A DNA stretch of 64,000 nucleotides from a virus, in the IMG/VR virus record IMGVR_UViG_3300045988_057044, positions 53,907 to 117,906 of that record. One strand, 5' to 3'. The notes beneath the pieces were generated by a model. It was not told the origin of the DNA. It worked only from the letters and a program-made list of their open reading frames with translations, and made no database searches. Made by a program: the position numbers and the translations under genes. The first letter of the stretch is position 1; each line of letters starts with the position of its first letter. Below are positions 28,164-38,308 of the stretch, in pieces.

Positions 28164-28858
28164 TATTCCCCTTCGTTATAAGCGTCAATAACTTTAATAA
28201 TCTCATCCAAATCATTATCAATTTCTAAGTCTTCAAACATTCCCAAAGAAGTCTTTGCTACACAGCTACCATCATTGTTAGTGATAAGCTTATACTCCAT
28301 TCTACCGGAGTCTCCTTCGTTTACTTTAGTAAAGAAGATATATGTAAACAAACCTTCCAAGGTTACTTTTTCAGACAGCAACTTACCAACAGTCTTGATA
28401 ACATACTTAGGATTAACGTTGTCTCCAACATTTTCTGAGTGAGTCAAGAAGATCATTTTGCAATCCTCTCTCATCTTTTCTGAATATCTCAGAATTTCCA
28501 TAGCGTGTTGAGCTAATTCACTAAACTTAGTATAACCAACTTCAGTTGCTCTATCAACGAACTCATAAGAGAGAACATATTGGAAGTCATCAATGATTAC
28601 CTGCTTGATGTGTGGCATCATCTTATCAATAATTTGAAGAATTTTCAGTATTTGGTCCCACTTTGAACTTACATAGTAGTTACCACTCACGTTCTTTCCT
28701 TCGATTTTGATGGGAATATACTTCTTCTTCCATGCACGGAAGGGAAGGGGTTTACCCGTAGTACTTATAATAAAAGTAGTTTCGGGATTAAGATTTCTTA
28801 AACTTGTACTTTTTCCAGTACCTGATTCACCTACGATAGCAATTGTTTCAGCAGCCAT
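28163..28858 (-). CDS. P-loop NTPase (RecA-fold / Sak4-like ATPase?)
   Basis: Walker A AIVGESGTGKSTSL near N-terminus, ~230 aa. Confidence 0.55.
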   Translation of the reverse strand: MAAETIAIVGESGTGKSTSLRNLNPETTFIISTTGKPLPFRAWKKKYIPIKIEGKNVSGNYYVSSKWDQILKILQIIDKMMPHIKQVIIDDFQYVLSYEFVDRATEVGYTKFSELAQHAMEILRYSEKMREDCKMIFLTHSENVGDNVNPKYVIKTVGKLLSEKVTLEGLFTYIFFTKVNEGDSGRMEYKLITNNDGSCVAKTSLGMFEDLEIDNDLDEIIKVIDAYNEGE

Positions 28859-29952
28859 TATTCTAATGCAAAATTAAAATTCGAATTTGAATTATCTAAT
28901 TCTGTAATATCATCTAGCTCCTGTTCTACAATAGAACTATTATCTTCTAATATATAGTTTGGACTTGTATATCTCTCATAATCATAAATTTCATCGGGCT
29001 TCGGCAGCTCGTAGAACATATTAATCCATCCAAAGAAGTTTACTCCAACCTCAACATCGCAATCCCCATATCGGTTCTTAAGTACCATAATACTCCTATA
29101 ATAAGAGCCTAGATACTCAATATTGTAATGTTTATAAGTCTTCAATCCATCTCTGTGAGGATTATACAATGCAATCATGATATTACAATCTTGCACAGTA
29201 TTACCTGAATCCTTAGCATCGTGAATAGTAAACGCACTTTTGCCTTGTTTAAACCTCTCAATATTTCCTTGCTCTCTATTAGCTTGCTGTATTACTACAG
29301 GACTAATAAAACACTTATCTCTAAGAAAAAGAAGATAGCTAGACAACAAATCAATATCAGGCTTTGTACCAACAAGACCAATATGGTCTACGACTACATT
29401 ATAAATAAGATTAGGATTATTTGGAGTATAGACGAGGCGGGTTTCACTTTCAGAAAAGGTTCCCATTTCCTCCAACCTAGTTTTCAAGATGGCATATACC
29501 TTCTTCGGAGTTACCTTCTTGTCATAGATTTCTAACTTCTTACTAATCTTATCTATCCAAGGCATACATTGCTTAACTAAGTCATAATGCTCATCAGATA
29601 AAATATATTCTTTTTCTCTTGACAATATCTTCTTAAAAGATAGTTGGATTCCATAGGTCTCAAATATATATATGGATAACAGCTTAATATACAAAGCTAC
29701 TTCTCCCATTTCAAGACTGAAATATAATACCTTAAAATCATCATCATCAAGATGTTCCATTAGTGGTCGATATACATAAGCATATAAGGCAAACGAAGTC
29801 TTACCTGCACCAGAGTTTGATAGAATTAAAGTATAGGTTTCCCTAGTAACTCCATCAATAATACTCTCTAGCTTAGGAAGTTTCATAGAAATACCATGAT
29901 TTAGTCCCTGTCTACCTCTATCAATTTCATTGAGAAGTTTATCAGAAATCAT
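28858..29952 (-). CDS. DnaB-like replicative helicase (RecA-fold C-terminal domain)
   Basis: Walker A LILSNSGAGKTSFAL; Walker B-like NVVVDHIGLVG (cf. DnaB IDYLQL). Confidence 0.5.
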   Translation of the reverse strand: MISDKLLNEIDRGRQGLNHGISMKLPKLESIIDGVTRETYTLILSNSGAGKTSFALYAYVYRPLMEHLDDDDFKVLYFSLEMGEVALYIKLLSIYIFETYGIQLSFKKILSREKEYILSDEHYDLVKQCMPWIDKISKKLEIYDKKVTPKKVYAILKTRLEEMGTFSESETRLVYTPNNPNLIYNVVVDHIGLVGTKPDIDLLSSYLLFLRDKCFISPVVIQQANREQGNIERFKQGKSAFTIHDAKDSGNTVQDCNIMIALYNPHRDGLKTYKHYNIEYLGSYYRSIMVLKNRYGDCDVEVGVNFFGWINMFYELPKPDEIYDYERYTSPNYILEDNSSIVEQELDDITELDNSNSNFNFALE

Positions 29953-30554
29953 AGTAATCTCATAGAATCATAATTAACTCCGCCTTCATTCTTTAATGCC
30001 TCTAGTTCTTCCCACTTATGGTCTATTACAAAATTAGCTATTGTGGTACACAATATATTGTGTTCATTAGCCCACTTAACTAACTCTATAATATGGTTAT
30101 GAGTTTCTGGCTTCCATCTGATAGTTTTACCATAAAACCTATAGAAGTCTTCAATTGTATCAAATTTCTTAGATACGCTTTTCAGACCCACTTGTGTATT
30201 ATTAACTATTCCAAATAATGGATAAGTATCCCACAATTCCTTACCTAAGTCGAATGAACACTTATAAAAGTCTTTCACAACTAACTTATTTAGAGGAACA
30301 TCTAGTGGGTTAAATACAGACCCTTTCTCAGGAATCTTATAGGATTTATGAATAACTCCAGCATCGCGAAGTCCAGTTAATAGTTCTATTGTAAAACCAC
30401 GAGCGCATACTCTAGAAGAGAAATACTCGTGGACAATTTCGGGTTCATCACCCTCTTGGGCAATAAGAAGAATTTCTAACAACAACAGCTCACTTGGGTT
30501 TATGCTATATTTTTCACAAAACAAAAGTTGCTGTTTCAGTTCAAGATTTTTCAC
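29949..30554 (-). CDS. hypothetical protein (201 aa)
   Basis: ORF track. Confidence 0.4.
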   Translation of the reverse strand: MKNLELKQQLLFCEKYSINPSELLLLEILLIAQEGDEPEIVHEYFSSRVCARGFTIELLTGLRDAGVIHKSYKIPEKGSVFNPLDVPLNKLVVKDFYKCSFDLGKELWDTYPLFGIVNNTQVGLKSVSKKFDTIEDFYRFYGKTIRWKPETHNHIIELVKWANEHNILCTTIANFVIDHKWEELEALKNEGGVNYDSMRLL

Positions 30555-30642
30555 GTGTACAAATTAATAGATTTTCTACTAATCTATACACCAAGTCTAG
30601 TTTACTTGTTAAAGCGTTAAAACTTGGTTACGTGATAAACTT

Positions 30643-30861
30643 TTAGTCCTCAACTTTTTCGCTGGCAGTTTCAAGAAGTACTGCATAGTCCTTCTTTAAT
30701 TCCTTCAATTCAGCGGTAAGCTTACTAACTTTAGTTTCCAATGCTTTGCACTTCTTAGTCAAAGCAGACTTCATCTCATTAAACTCTTTTTTAGTGTAAT
30801 AAGTTTCCATAATTAAAAACGATATGTAAAATTCTGCAATTTTTTCTTGTAAGGTTCCCAA
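30643..30861 (-). CDS. small coiled-coil protein (72 aa)
   Basis: ORF track. Confidence 0.3.
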   Translation of the reverse strand: MGTLQEKIAEFYISFLIMETYYTKKEFNEMKSALTKKCKALETKVSKLTAELKELKKDYAVLLETASEKVED

Positions 30862-32090
30862 GGCTCTCCATTAAGTAACTTTCGTAAGTTATCTACATCA
30901 ATAGTAACATACTCGCTCTTTTGATGAGACTTCTTAAACCATTCTTGTTCAACGGTATCTTCTAGCACTAATGTGAATATTTCAGAGTATTTAGAACCTT
31001 CTTTTCTAATGACTCTACCAGCGGCTTGAGTGCTTTTTGTGCTACTAGAGTCAACTCCAAGCATTATCCCGACTGATAGACCGGGACAATCAAAACCTTC
31101 AATAGCCAATTTACAGCTATTAATCACGCCCTTGTCTAGTAGGGCGAACTCCTCAAGTGTAATTCTGTTTTGTTTTTTACTTTCTTTGCCAGTGTAAACA
31201 TATCCTACTCCTATCTTCTCTGCCATTGCAGTGTTAGCAGAGAATGTAATAATTTTCTTGTCTGCTCTGTGAGCAATAATCTCCCTAGCCACTTCTAATT
31301 TAGCCGGATGATTATGGATAAACTTTTTTCTAGCTTGTAAAGCTCTCATAAAAGCTGTAGAATGAAAGGTAATCTGCTTCAAAGCATTAGACAGCTCAGC
31401 TTTATCCGAACTACTACAAATCTGGTTTCTGTAATTAAGCCTATTTCTGAGGCCGTCTTTACCAGCCATACTCATTGCGAGTCCAAAATCAAAGTTAAAG
31501 AATTCAAAATGTCTTATAAATTCCCTATTTTGCTCTCGATAGCTTTCGATGTCTTCTGCTGTGATAATTACTTGATATTCAGTAAAATCAGATACCCAAC
31601 CATTGGCTTTGGCTACTTCAATAGTTACGCTATCAACTACAGGGCAATATTTCTCGACTATAGTATGTCTACCGTCAAGTCTTTCCAGAGTAGCAGTTAG
31701 TCCAAGAATTAACTTGTATTTAACCTTACTAAATACAAATTGTAAAGTCTCAGCAGCAGTTCTATGGATTTCATCAATGATTAAAAAGTCACATTCGTAT
31801 CCATTCTTTGCTGTAGTATTTACAACTTGCACCTCTGTATTTAACCCTAGACCTTCCTTATCTAATATATCTATCCACTGATTCTTTAAAAGTTCCGTGG
31901 GGACTACTACCAATGCTCTAATAGTAGGATATTTAGATAGAACAGCCTTTAAACAATTAATAGCACATCGTGTTTTACCAAAGCCTGTACAGGCTTCTAT
32001 GGTGCCTCTTCCTTTATGTAATAACCAGGCTCTCTTACATTGCTCCTGTCGCTCATCACGAGTAACAGGAGTAAAGAGGTCTTTCATCAA
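30813..32090 (-). CDS. superfamily-2 DNA/RNA helicase (DEAD/DEAH box)
   Basis: Motif I CTGFGKTRCA, motif II LIIDEIHR, motif VI QAAGRVIRK. Confidence 0.7.
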   Translation of the reverse strand: MMKDLFTPVTRDERQEQCKRAWLLHKGRGTIEACTGFGKTRCAINCLKAVLSKYPTIRALVVVPTELLKNQWIDILDKEGLGLNTEVQVVNTTAKNGYECDFLIIDEIHRTAAETLQFVFSKVKYKLILGLTATLERLDGRHTIVEKYCPVVDSVTIEVAKANGWVSDFTEYQVIITAEDIESYREQNREFIRHFEFFNFDFGLAMSMAGKDGLRNRLNYRNQICSSSDKAELSNALKQITFHSTAFMRALQARKKFIHNHPAKLEVAREIIAHRADKKIITFSANTAMAEKIGVGYVYTGKESKKQNRITLEEFALLDKGVINSCKLAIEGFDCPGLSVGIMLGVDSSSTKSTQAAGRVIRKEGSKYSEIFTLVLEDTVEQEWFKKSHQKSEYVTIDVDNLRKLLNGEPWEPYKKKLQNFTYRF

Positions 32091-32950
32091 TCTATATTCC
32101 TAGTGATGTCCCATCCTTTAAGTTCTGCAACTTTCTTGATTTCTTCCATCTTATCCTTCCATTGTTTAGCCTGGTTCTCGCATTGATTTTGGAAGCGATA
32201 AAGAACTTTGTTTGATAGCAGTCTGAGCTGATCACTAGTTAAGTTAGCATATTTATCTCGTTTCAATCTACACATAGATCTAAACTCAGCATAACTTAAT
32301 CCAGTATCACAGATTTTCAGAGCTATAGAAGGATTCAAACGAAGTTCCTTACTTACTACTAACAGTCTGTTAACAGCTTTACCTGTCACTGGGTCTTTAC
32401 GATACAAGTCTTTCTGCATTTCTTGCTGTGTAAACCACAGTCCCATTTTTACAATGAAGTTAAGCGTCAAATGAGAGTTGTCAAACAATCCCAAGGAATC
32501 TAAACAAGCATCCATAACTAAACTTACAGGTACTTCTCTAAACTCTACAGGGATTCCATTAAGAATCTCTCCAATTGGATAGACCTTAATAGCCTCATTA
32601 GTTAACACTTCCTTATTGTTTTTGATAACAGCTTTCAAGTCTTCCAAACAACGTGTGTTTGTGTATTGCTTTTCAGCTCTAAGCCATCTAATAAGAAGCT
32701 CTGCACGACATCTTTGTATTTGGTCGGATACAATTCCGAGTAATGTTACACGACCCGGATTCTTGGTATCAGAGTTGTACAACATTTGTTCACAATGATT
32801 GTAGAATCGTCTCAGCTGGTCATAACCTGCGTCTACCAATTTAATTTCCTCCTGGACCCCATTTACCTTAGGTCCTTTCCATACATAGCTATTAACGTCG
32901 TTTGCTTTATCGCTCAAAGCCTCTCTCAGCTTATCTCCTAATACAGTCAT
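32087..32950 (-). CDS. hypothetical protein (287 aa)
   Basis: ORF track. Confidence 0.45.
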   Translation of the reverse strand: MTVLGDKLREALSDKANDVNSYVWKGPKVNGVQEEIKLVDAGYDQLRRFYNHCEQMLYNSDTKNPGRVTLLGIVSDQIQRCRAELLIRWLRAEKQYTNTRCLEDLKAVIKNNKEVLTNEAIKVYPIGEILNGIPVEFREVPVSLVMDACLDSLGLFDNSHLTLNFIVKMGLWFTQQEMQKDLYRKDPVTGKAVNRLLVVSKELRLNPSIALKICDTGLSYAEFRSMCRLKRDKYANLTSDQLRLLSNKVLYRFQNQCENQAKQWKDKMEEIKKVAELKGWDITRNID

Positions 32951-32995
32951 AAATTATTCTTTAAAAATACTTCATAGTTTATCTCCTTTTTAATG

Positions 32996-33319
32996 TTAAT
33001 CTAATAATATTTGTCCATCTTCAATGATAGGCTTTTCATGAATAAATTTCAAGAAAATTATATTACTATCCTTGTATGGAACAAAATCTTTACCATCGTA
33101 CCATTTATCGATGCCTTCTTCTACGTATCTTAGTGAAACATAGCCGACATCTCCTAATTTCATAGAACACTGGTTCCAATTCGGGAATCGAACACACATT
33201 ATATCCTTGTAATCTAGATTATCATATTCTAGCCTTTCAAAGACATAATTAGCGTATCCCATCCCGTCCTCACATTCAGCAACAAATTTGACATGGTAAG
33301 TTACTTCTTTGGTTTCCAC
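32996..33319 (-). CDS. hypothetical protein (107 aa)
   Basis: ORF track. Confidence 0.35.
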   Translation of the reverse strand: METKEVTYHVKFVAECEDGMGYANYVFERLEYDNLDYKDIMCVRFPNWNQCSMKLGDVGYVSLRYVEEGIDKWYDGKDFVPYKDSNIIFLKFIHEKPIIEDGQILLD

Positions 33320-33510
33320 ACTTCAAATGTATTAATATCCTCGAACTTCCTACAACCATAAGAAGCGAAGTCTCCTTGCAGCTTATCCATGTTGGGCAAG
33401 CAAGGGTAATTCTTACACCTAGTGCAGCTACGTTCAGGATGTTTGTAGTGAAAACCATCTTTGTCCTTAAACATTACTTCAGTAATAGGCATAATAATAT
33501 TAATACACAT
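33301..33510 (-). CDS. Cys-rich small protein (69 aa)
   Basis: ORF track; CTRCKNYPC...GCRKF. Confidence 0.3.
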   Translation of the reverse strand: MCINIIMPITEVMFKDKDGFHYKHPERSCTRCKNYPCLPNMDKLQGDFASYGCRKFEDINTFEVWKPKK

Positions 33511-33848
33511 GAACCAGCAGCGCCATATTTAATGACATTCTGCTTCTTTTTTAAAGACTTATTAAGACCTTCAATAGATCTATTTTTATCTTCAATTATG
33601 TTTCCATAATACAGTAACTGAACTCTACGAAGAGAATCCGTTTTTTCCCAACTCTTATTTATTAGTTCTAGATTAGTTATTCGCTTATTCAATAACGGAA
33701 CAGTTTCAGACAACTTCTGATGCTCGGCAAATATCAGATTAGTTGTTTTTAGTTGCTCGCTGGTTATTGTAACGGTCGATGTATTCTGAGAAAAAGCACA
33801 AATTGATGCTATCAGAACTAGACATAATAGTAGATACTTTCTCATCAT
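33474..33848 (-). CDS. secreted coiled-coil protein (124 aa)
   Basis: Signal peptide MMRKYLLLCLVLIASICAFSQ. Confidence 0.4.
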   Translation of the reverse strand: MMRKYLLLCLVLIASICAFSQNTSTVTITSEQLKTTNLIFAEHQKLSETVPLLNKRITNLELINKSWEKTDSLRRVQLLYYGNIIEDKNRSIEGLNKSLKKKQNVIKYGAAGSCVLILLCLLLK

Positions 33849-34044
33849 ACTCTTTGTCTATATACTTAATTTTCTCCACGATGGAATCGTTAACTATATA
33901 GATGCTATCTCTAATTATAGAATCCCTTACTATTTCCTGCACATTAGGTGGAGAAACTGCGGTTTCCTTCTTAGGTATTAGCAAATAAATAATTAACAAT
34001 CCCATCAAGGCTATTAAGATATAGCAAAACTTAGTCCTGTTCAT
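33739..34044 (-). CDS. membrane protein (101 aa)
   Basis: TM helix ILIALMGLLIIYLLI. Confidence 0.35.
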   Translation of the reverse strand: MNRTKFCYILIALMGLLIIYLLIPKKETAVSPPNVQEIVRDSIIRDSIYIVNDSIVEKIKYIDKEYDEKVSTIMSSSDSINLCFFSEYIDRYNNQRATKNN

Positions 34045-34615
34045 TCAGCTCAACGCCTATTGCCTTGGCTTTAGTTACCAGTTCAGCGCATTTAACTACA
34101 TCTATACCTTCTTTAGCTAGATTCAAAGCTTGCTTCTCTTTATCAGAGAGATTTTTGATTTCATTTTTGAGGGCTTCTTTTCTTTCAAACCGAGCTTTCA
34201 TTTGGTTATATCCCTTAATGATACGCTCTGGATTTTCTTTCAAGAAAGTAAGCTCCTGTTCCAAGAATGCTTTTACCAGCACTTTACCTGCTACACCTCT
34301 AGATGTAGTATAAATAGCTGGACACTTTGGATCATGAAGAGCCTTATCGTAAGCCTTCTTCTGTCCCTTAGCCAAATCGAAGGTATCACTAGGATTACAT
34401 ACTGCAATACCAACGGTTACTACTCTGCAGATTCTAGCATAGTCCGGATCATTTGTGCATATGTATTCATCGGGAGCCACCCAACCTACTGCTAAGACAC
34501 AATCATCCTCACTTACTTCAGCAGCCTGACTTAAAGCACAAGCTACAATTTTACGTTCTTCACCCTTAAAGTCTACAAATGAGTCTACCATGTACTCAAT
34601 CACATCCTGTTTCAT
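34031..34615 (-). CDS. hypothetical protein (194 aa)
   Basis: ORF track. Confidence 0.4.
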   Translation of the reverse strand: MKQDVIEYMVDSFVDFKGEERKIVACALSQAAEVSEDDCVLAVGWVAPDEYICTNDPDYARICRVVTVGIAVCNPSDTFDLAKGQKKAYDKALHDPKCPAIYTTSRGVAGKVLVKAFLEQELTFLKENPERIIKGYNQMKARFERKEALKNEIKNLSDKEKQALNLAKEGIDVVKCAELVTKAKAIGVELNEQD

Positions 34616-34880
34616 TTTCTACAATTTTAAAACCGTTATTAATTAAATATTCTTCGGGAGCAAATTGTAATTCAAAGAATCTATGCAGAGAGTATTTCTT
34701 CCTCTTACAACATAGTTGACTCTTTTTCAATACAATAGGTTTATTAGAAGAGTAGTATTTTTCTTCCATTAGAGCAGCTCCCCAGCTCCATATTTGATAT
34801 ACTGAACTACAGTAGATAAACTTATCATGTGTATGCACAATCTGTTTATCCTTCTCGTAAGTCCTCCGTGAGGTCGTCAT
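34596..34880 (-). CDS. hypothetical protein (94 aa)
   Basis: ORF track. Confidence 0.3.
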   Translation of the reverse strand: MTTSRRTYEKDKQIVHTHDKFIYCSSVYQIWSWGAALMEEKYYSSNKPIVLKKSQLCCKRKKYSLHRFFELQFAPEEYLINNGFKIVENETGCD

Positions 34881-35319
34881 AAAACACCTTTATAGTCTTA
34901 AAAATGAATTGATTCTTTCGAGTATTATAACAGTCATTCCAGCTACATTTCTGATAGTGAGATAGTAGTTCGGAAGCTTTTACGCCAGTATACACATTTC
35001 TGCAAAAGCTATCGTCATCATCACAATCTGCTGCGTTTATGGTGTACTTTCCAATAGAAATCGCATAATGATAATGACTTCTCGCCACTTCGCTAAACTT
35101 TTCTTCTAGTTCATAATCCTCGTAAATAATGACTTTGAACTTGAATTTATCTCTACTTAGTAGCCTGGCTAGACAGTATGCTATATAGCAACACCCTCCA
35201 CAATTAACGTCATATTCCTCATCTAAGAATCTACAAAGCTTATTCAGCCTCTCCGCTAGAATCTCCTGAATCTCATGAGACTTCGAGTTTAATTTCCTCC
35301 TTTGCCTTTTTAAACTCAT
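34846..35319 (-). CDS. hypothetical protein (157 aa)
   Basis: ORF track. Confidence 0.4.
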   Translation of the reverse strand: MSLKRQRRKLNSKSHEIQEILAERLNKLCRFLDEEYDVNCGGCCYIAYCLARLLSRDKFKFKVIIYEDYELEEKFSEVARSHYHYAISIGKYTINAADCDDDDSFCRNVYTGVKASELLSHYQKCSWNDCYNTRKNQFIFKTIKVFYDDLTEDLREG

Positions 35320-35542
35320 CTAAGTACCTACCTAAAGTTATAACTTCATCTTTTCCGAACTTTTTTCTTACTGCATAATGGCGACATCGCTCTATAGCAG
35401 CTTCTAGGGGATAGCCATAGCCTTCCACTTTAAATTCTTTTCTCGGATTTTTCCCACCAATATCATACAACAATTCCAAGTCAAACCTCGGAGAAGATTC
35501 ACTAATGGGAGTAAGTCTGTAAAAAGGACCTTCAATTACCAT
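35273..35542 (-). CDS. hypothetical protein (89 aa)
   Basis: ORF track. Confidence 0.35.
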   Translation of the reverse strand: MVIEGPFYRLTPISESSPRFDLELLYDIGGKNPRKEFKVEGYGYPLEAAIERCRHYAVRKKFGKDEVITLGRYLDEFKKAKEEIKLEVS

Positions 35543-35551
35543 TTTATTTTG

Positions 35552-36361
35552 TTATTTACAAACGTCTATTACAGTTAAGTTCTCGTTGCTGGGACGATAA
35601 TTAATATCCCTATGAGAATTAGATACAATAACCTGGTCAAAATTATTACACATATTAATCAGACCTTTATTATTAACTGCGTGACATACGATTATGATAA
35701 ACTTGCTATTTGGATATCTCTCTTTGAGAACCTTAAGCTCTCCTAGGAAAGTTCCTCCAGCATCACACAAGTCATCAATGAACACAAATGTAGAATAGTA
35801 GCAATTCTTAGACTCCTCTATTTCAAAGGACTCAATTCTTCCAGTCTCTAGATTTCTTTCCTTTTTGAAGACTAAATAACCATAGTGAGAATAGTTACTT
35901 CCATATCTGTCCTTCGCCCCATGGTCTGGGAACACGATATTACTTTGGGCTGGAATCCAAGAGTGGTGTCCAAATTCCCAAGGTAAACATCTGTCACCAA
36001 GAAGATGAAAAGTTCTACTAGAATGTGCCTCAAGAACATATATGTTTCTATAGCCTAAGCTATTTAACATATTACATACTACTTTCAAGGAGAATGGACG
36101 ATTAAAACTCATTACTCTATCCATACGCATAGACATTAAATAAGTAATGTGTAAATCCCATTCTACTTCTTGTCTATCTAAAATATCTCCTACTTGCATT
36201 AAGAGGAATAAATCCTCAGTATTAGATATTCTACAAATGACATCAATAGATTCCTTTCTGTTTAATTCCTCAGTAAGGAAAAACTGAGGCTCTCCATCAG
36301 GAAATCTAGTAACATCGTACTTAATTTCACTGATTTCCTTGTTGATTAAGTTTAATTTCAT
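35552..36361 (-). CDS. ribose-phosphate pyrophosphokinase family protein (Prs / possibly ADP-ribose pyrophosphokinase Adps)
   Basis: N-terminal VTRFPDGEPQFFL (cf. Prs RFSDGE) and PRPP-binding loop FIDDLCDAGGTFL (type I PRTase motif). Confidence 0.7.
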   Translation of the reverse strand: MKLNLINKEISEIKYDVTRFPDGEPQFFLTEELNRKESIDVICRISNTEDLFLLMQVGDILDRQEVEWDLHITYLMSMRMDRVMSFNRPFSLKVVCNMLNSLGYRNIYVLEAHSSRTFHLLGDRCLPWEFGHHSWIPAQSNIVFPDHGAKDRYGSNYSHYGYLVFKKERNLETGRIESFEIEESKNCYYSTFVFIDDLCDAGGTFLGELKVLKERYPNSKFIIIVCHAVNNKGLINMCNNFDQVIVSNSHRDINYRPSNENLTVIDVCK

Positions 36362-36782
36362 CTACTACATATTTTAAGATTTCATAACTTTCTTCCAGAC
36401 CTGCCCTATCATCTAGGAGGATATTATAATAGGGTTTCTCAGAATTAGGAAATACAGGACTTTCATTTGTATATAGCTCAAAGTCTTCATCCAGACCTAA
36501 TAATTTAGCAGTTTTCATCTGTTTAATACATAGCTCTTGAAGATTTGTTTCACAGGTAAACAATATCAAATGAAATCCCAATTTATAACACTTATTAAGT
36601 AAATTTATGACTTCACTATAATCTCCTCCATTATTATGGTAATCGAAAATAGTATTATCAAAATCGAAAGCGACTATTAGCTTTCCGTATTTATGATACT
36701 CTTCTAATAGTCGTTTCTTGCAAGCTTCTTTCCCAAAAGGATGATTAAAGTCCATTGTCAATTCTTTGTCTGATTTCTTCAA
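36327..36782 (-). CDS. HAD-superfamily phosphatase
   Basis: VAFDFDNTIFDY (DxDxT motif I). Confidence 0.5.
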   Translation of the reverse strand: MKKSDKELTMDFNHPFGKEACKKRLLEEYHKYGKLIVAFDFDNTIFDYHNNGGDYSEVINLLNKCYKLGFHLILFTCETNLQELCIKQMKTAKLLGLDEDFELYTNESPVFPNSEKPYYNILLDDRAGLEESYEILKYVVDEIKLNQQGNQ

Positions 36783-38295
36783 GAGAATATTCTTTCTTCA
36801 AGATGCCATCTTCAAAGACAGTCTCTAAGCATCCCTCTTTTTCCTCCTCGATTGAGACCTGGTCGGTAGCAGTATACTTCCCATCCAGACATTTATAGAC
36901 AGCAATCAAACCTTTCAAAGAGTTCTTAGTACCATCATCAGTTTTAGGATGTTTGAAGATTTCTTTCAATTCGCCATTTACTACGCAAGCAGTAGCCTTA
37001 ATAGCAAACCCAAGACTATCTCTACTTGCATACTGATAGGAATATGAACCTACTCCCAGAACGAGATTACAAGCCGCCATATGAGCGTTTTCTAATCTCA
37101 AGTAGATTTGCTTTTGACGTTCTAGAGTAATAGAATCTCCATAAAGCAAACCAACCTTAGTGCTAGGATAGCGGTAATCCTTTGAAGTAGTATTCCATCC
37201 GAAGATTTTACCAAGCATATAATATGCCCCATAATATTGACCTTCGGACACTTCAACATACTCTGCATCGTCATTAAACGGAGCATAGCAGCAATAATAC
37301 TTACCTTCTTTCATTCTGGTATTGAAGTGAGGATTAGTTCTCAACCCGCAGATTATATCTACTGGGTCTCCACTATCAGGACGGATTACTACTCTACCAT
37401 CACGAGCCATAATGTCTTTCTTCAGCTTGGGCAAGAAATTTTCAATTACATTCCAGAAATCCCAAGTATCAGATACAATAGAAACAAACCCAGAAGGATA
37501 CAAATCATTAATTAGACGTTTGAAAGTGCCCAGCTCATCTTCCTCCCCTCCAGCACACATTACAGAGTGTTCTGTTGCTGGAACTGTAGCAGCAATCAAT
37601 TCCTCGTCTGAATTAGCTCCATAATATTCTTCCAAAGCAGCAATAGCTGGAATAGTCTCACTTCCCACAAAAGAAGTCATATGCGCCATACCAGATATAA
37701 TTGCGGCTTCCATTCCTGCCATACCTCGCATTGAGAAATCATGACAGCAAAAACCAAGATTTACATCTGTTGGAAAACCAGTCTTGCAAGCATGACGATG
37801 TAGCTCTTTCTTATAGAGCCTAGCTCTAGTAGCAGATGTGCACGGCATCCACAAGGTACAGCTGATAATAGTCTCTAAGTAGTTAGTTAACCAAAAGAAC
37901 TCGGGTAGGGTATTTGTAATGGTCATCATGGGAACCCGAATAGGGCACACAGAACCTTCAGGAAGAGCCTTTATGCGAATTGGTAGATACCCAAGGTCAT
38001 ATAAAGCTTCAATATGTCTGTACCCAACGGATTCAATACCAACAAAGTTGTTTACTCTACGATAGAACATCTCTACAGCTTCCTTCTTTGGTAGATTAAA
38101 GAAGTTTTTCTCAAACTGTTTAATGAGATATTCTTTGATTAGGTATTGAATACCAAATACTACTGAACCTTCGGTTGCTTCTGGGAAGTATTTATTACTT
38201 CTAGGAGTCCAGTTACTATAAACTTGTTCAGTACCTTCTGGGTACATCCTGTGATGGCCTAATTTGTAACCATCTGTTGCATTAATTATTTCCAT
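36745..38295 (-). CDS. nadV: nicotinamide phosphoribosyltransferase family (NadV/NAMPT; possibly Namat)
   Basis: N-terminus ATDGYKLGHHRMYPEGTEQVYSNWTPRS is the conserved NAMPT start; ~516 aa. Confidence 0.85.
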   Translation of the reverse strand: MEIINATDGYKLGHHRMYPEGTEQVYSNWTPRSNKYFPEATEGSVVFGIQYLIKEYLIKQFEKNFFNLPKKEAVEMFYRRVNNFVGIESVGYRHIEALYDLGYLPIRIKALPEGSVCPIRVPMMTITNTLPEFFWLTNYLETIISCTLWMPCTSATRARLYKKELHRHACKTGFPTDVNLGFCCHDFSMRGMAGMEAAIISGMAHMTSFVGSETIPAIAALEEYYGANSDEELIAATVPATEHSVMCAGGEEDELGTFKRLINDLYPSGFVSIVSDTWDFWNVIENFLPKLKKDIMARDGRVVIRPDSGDPVDIICGLRTNPHFNTRMKEGKYYCCYAPFNDDAEYVEVSEGQYYGAYYMLGKIFGWNTTSKDYRYPSTKVGLLYGDSITLERQKQIYLRLENAHMAACNLVLGVGSYSYQYASRDSLGFAIKATACVVNGELKEIFKHPKTDDGTKNSLKGLIAVYKCLDGKYTATDQVSIEEEKEGCLETVFEDGILKKEYSLEEIRQRIDNGL

Positions 38296-38308
38296 TCTAA
38301 AAATTATT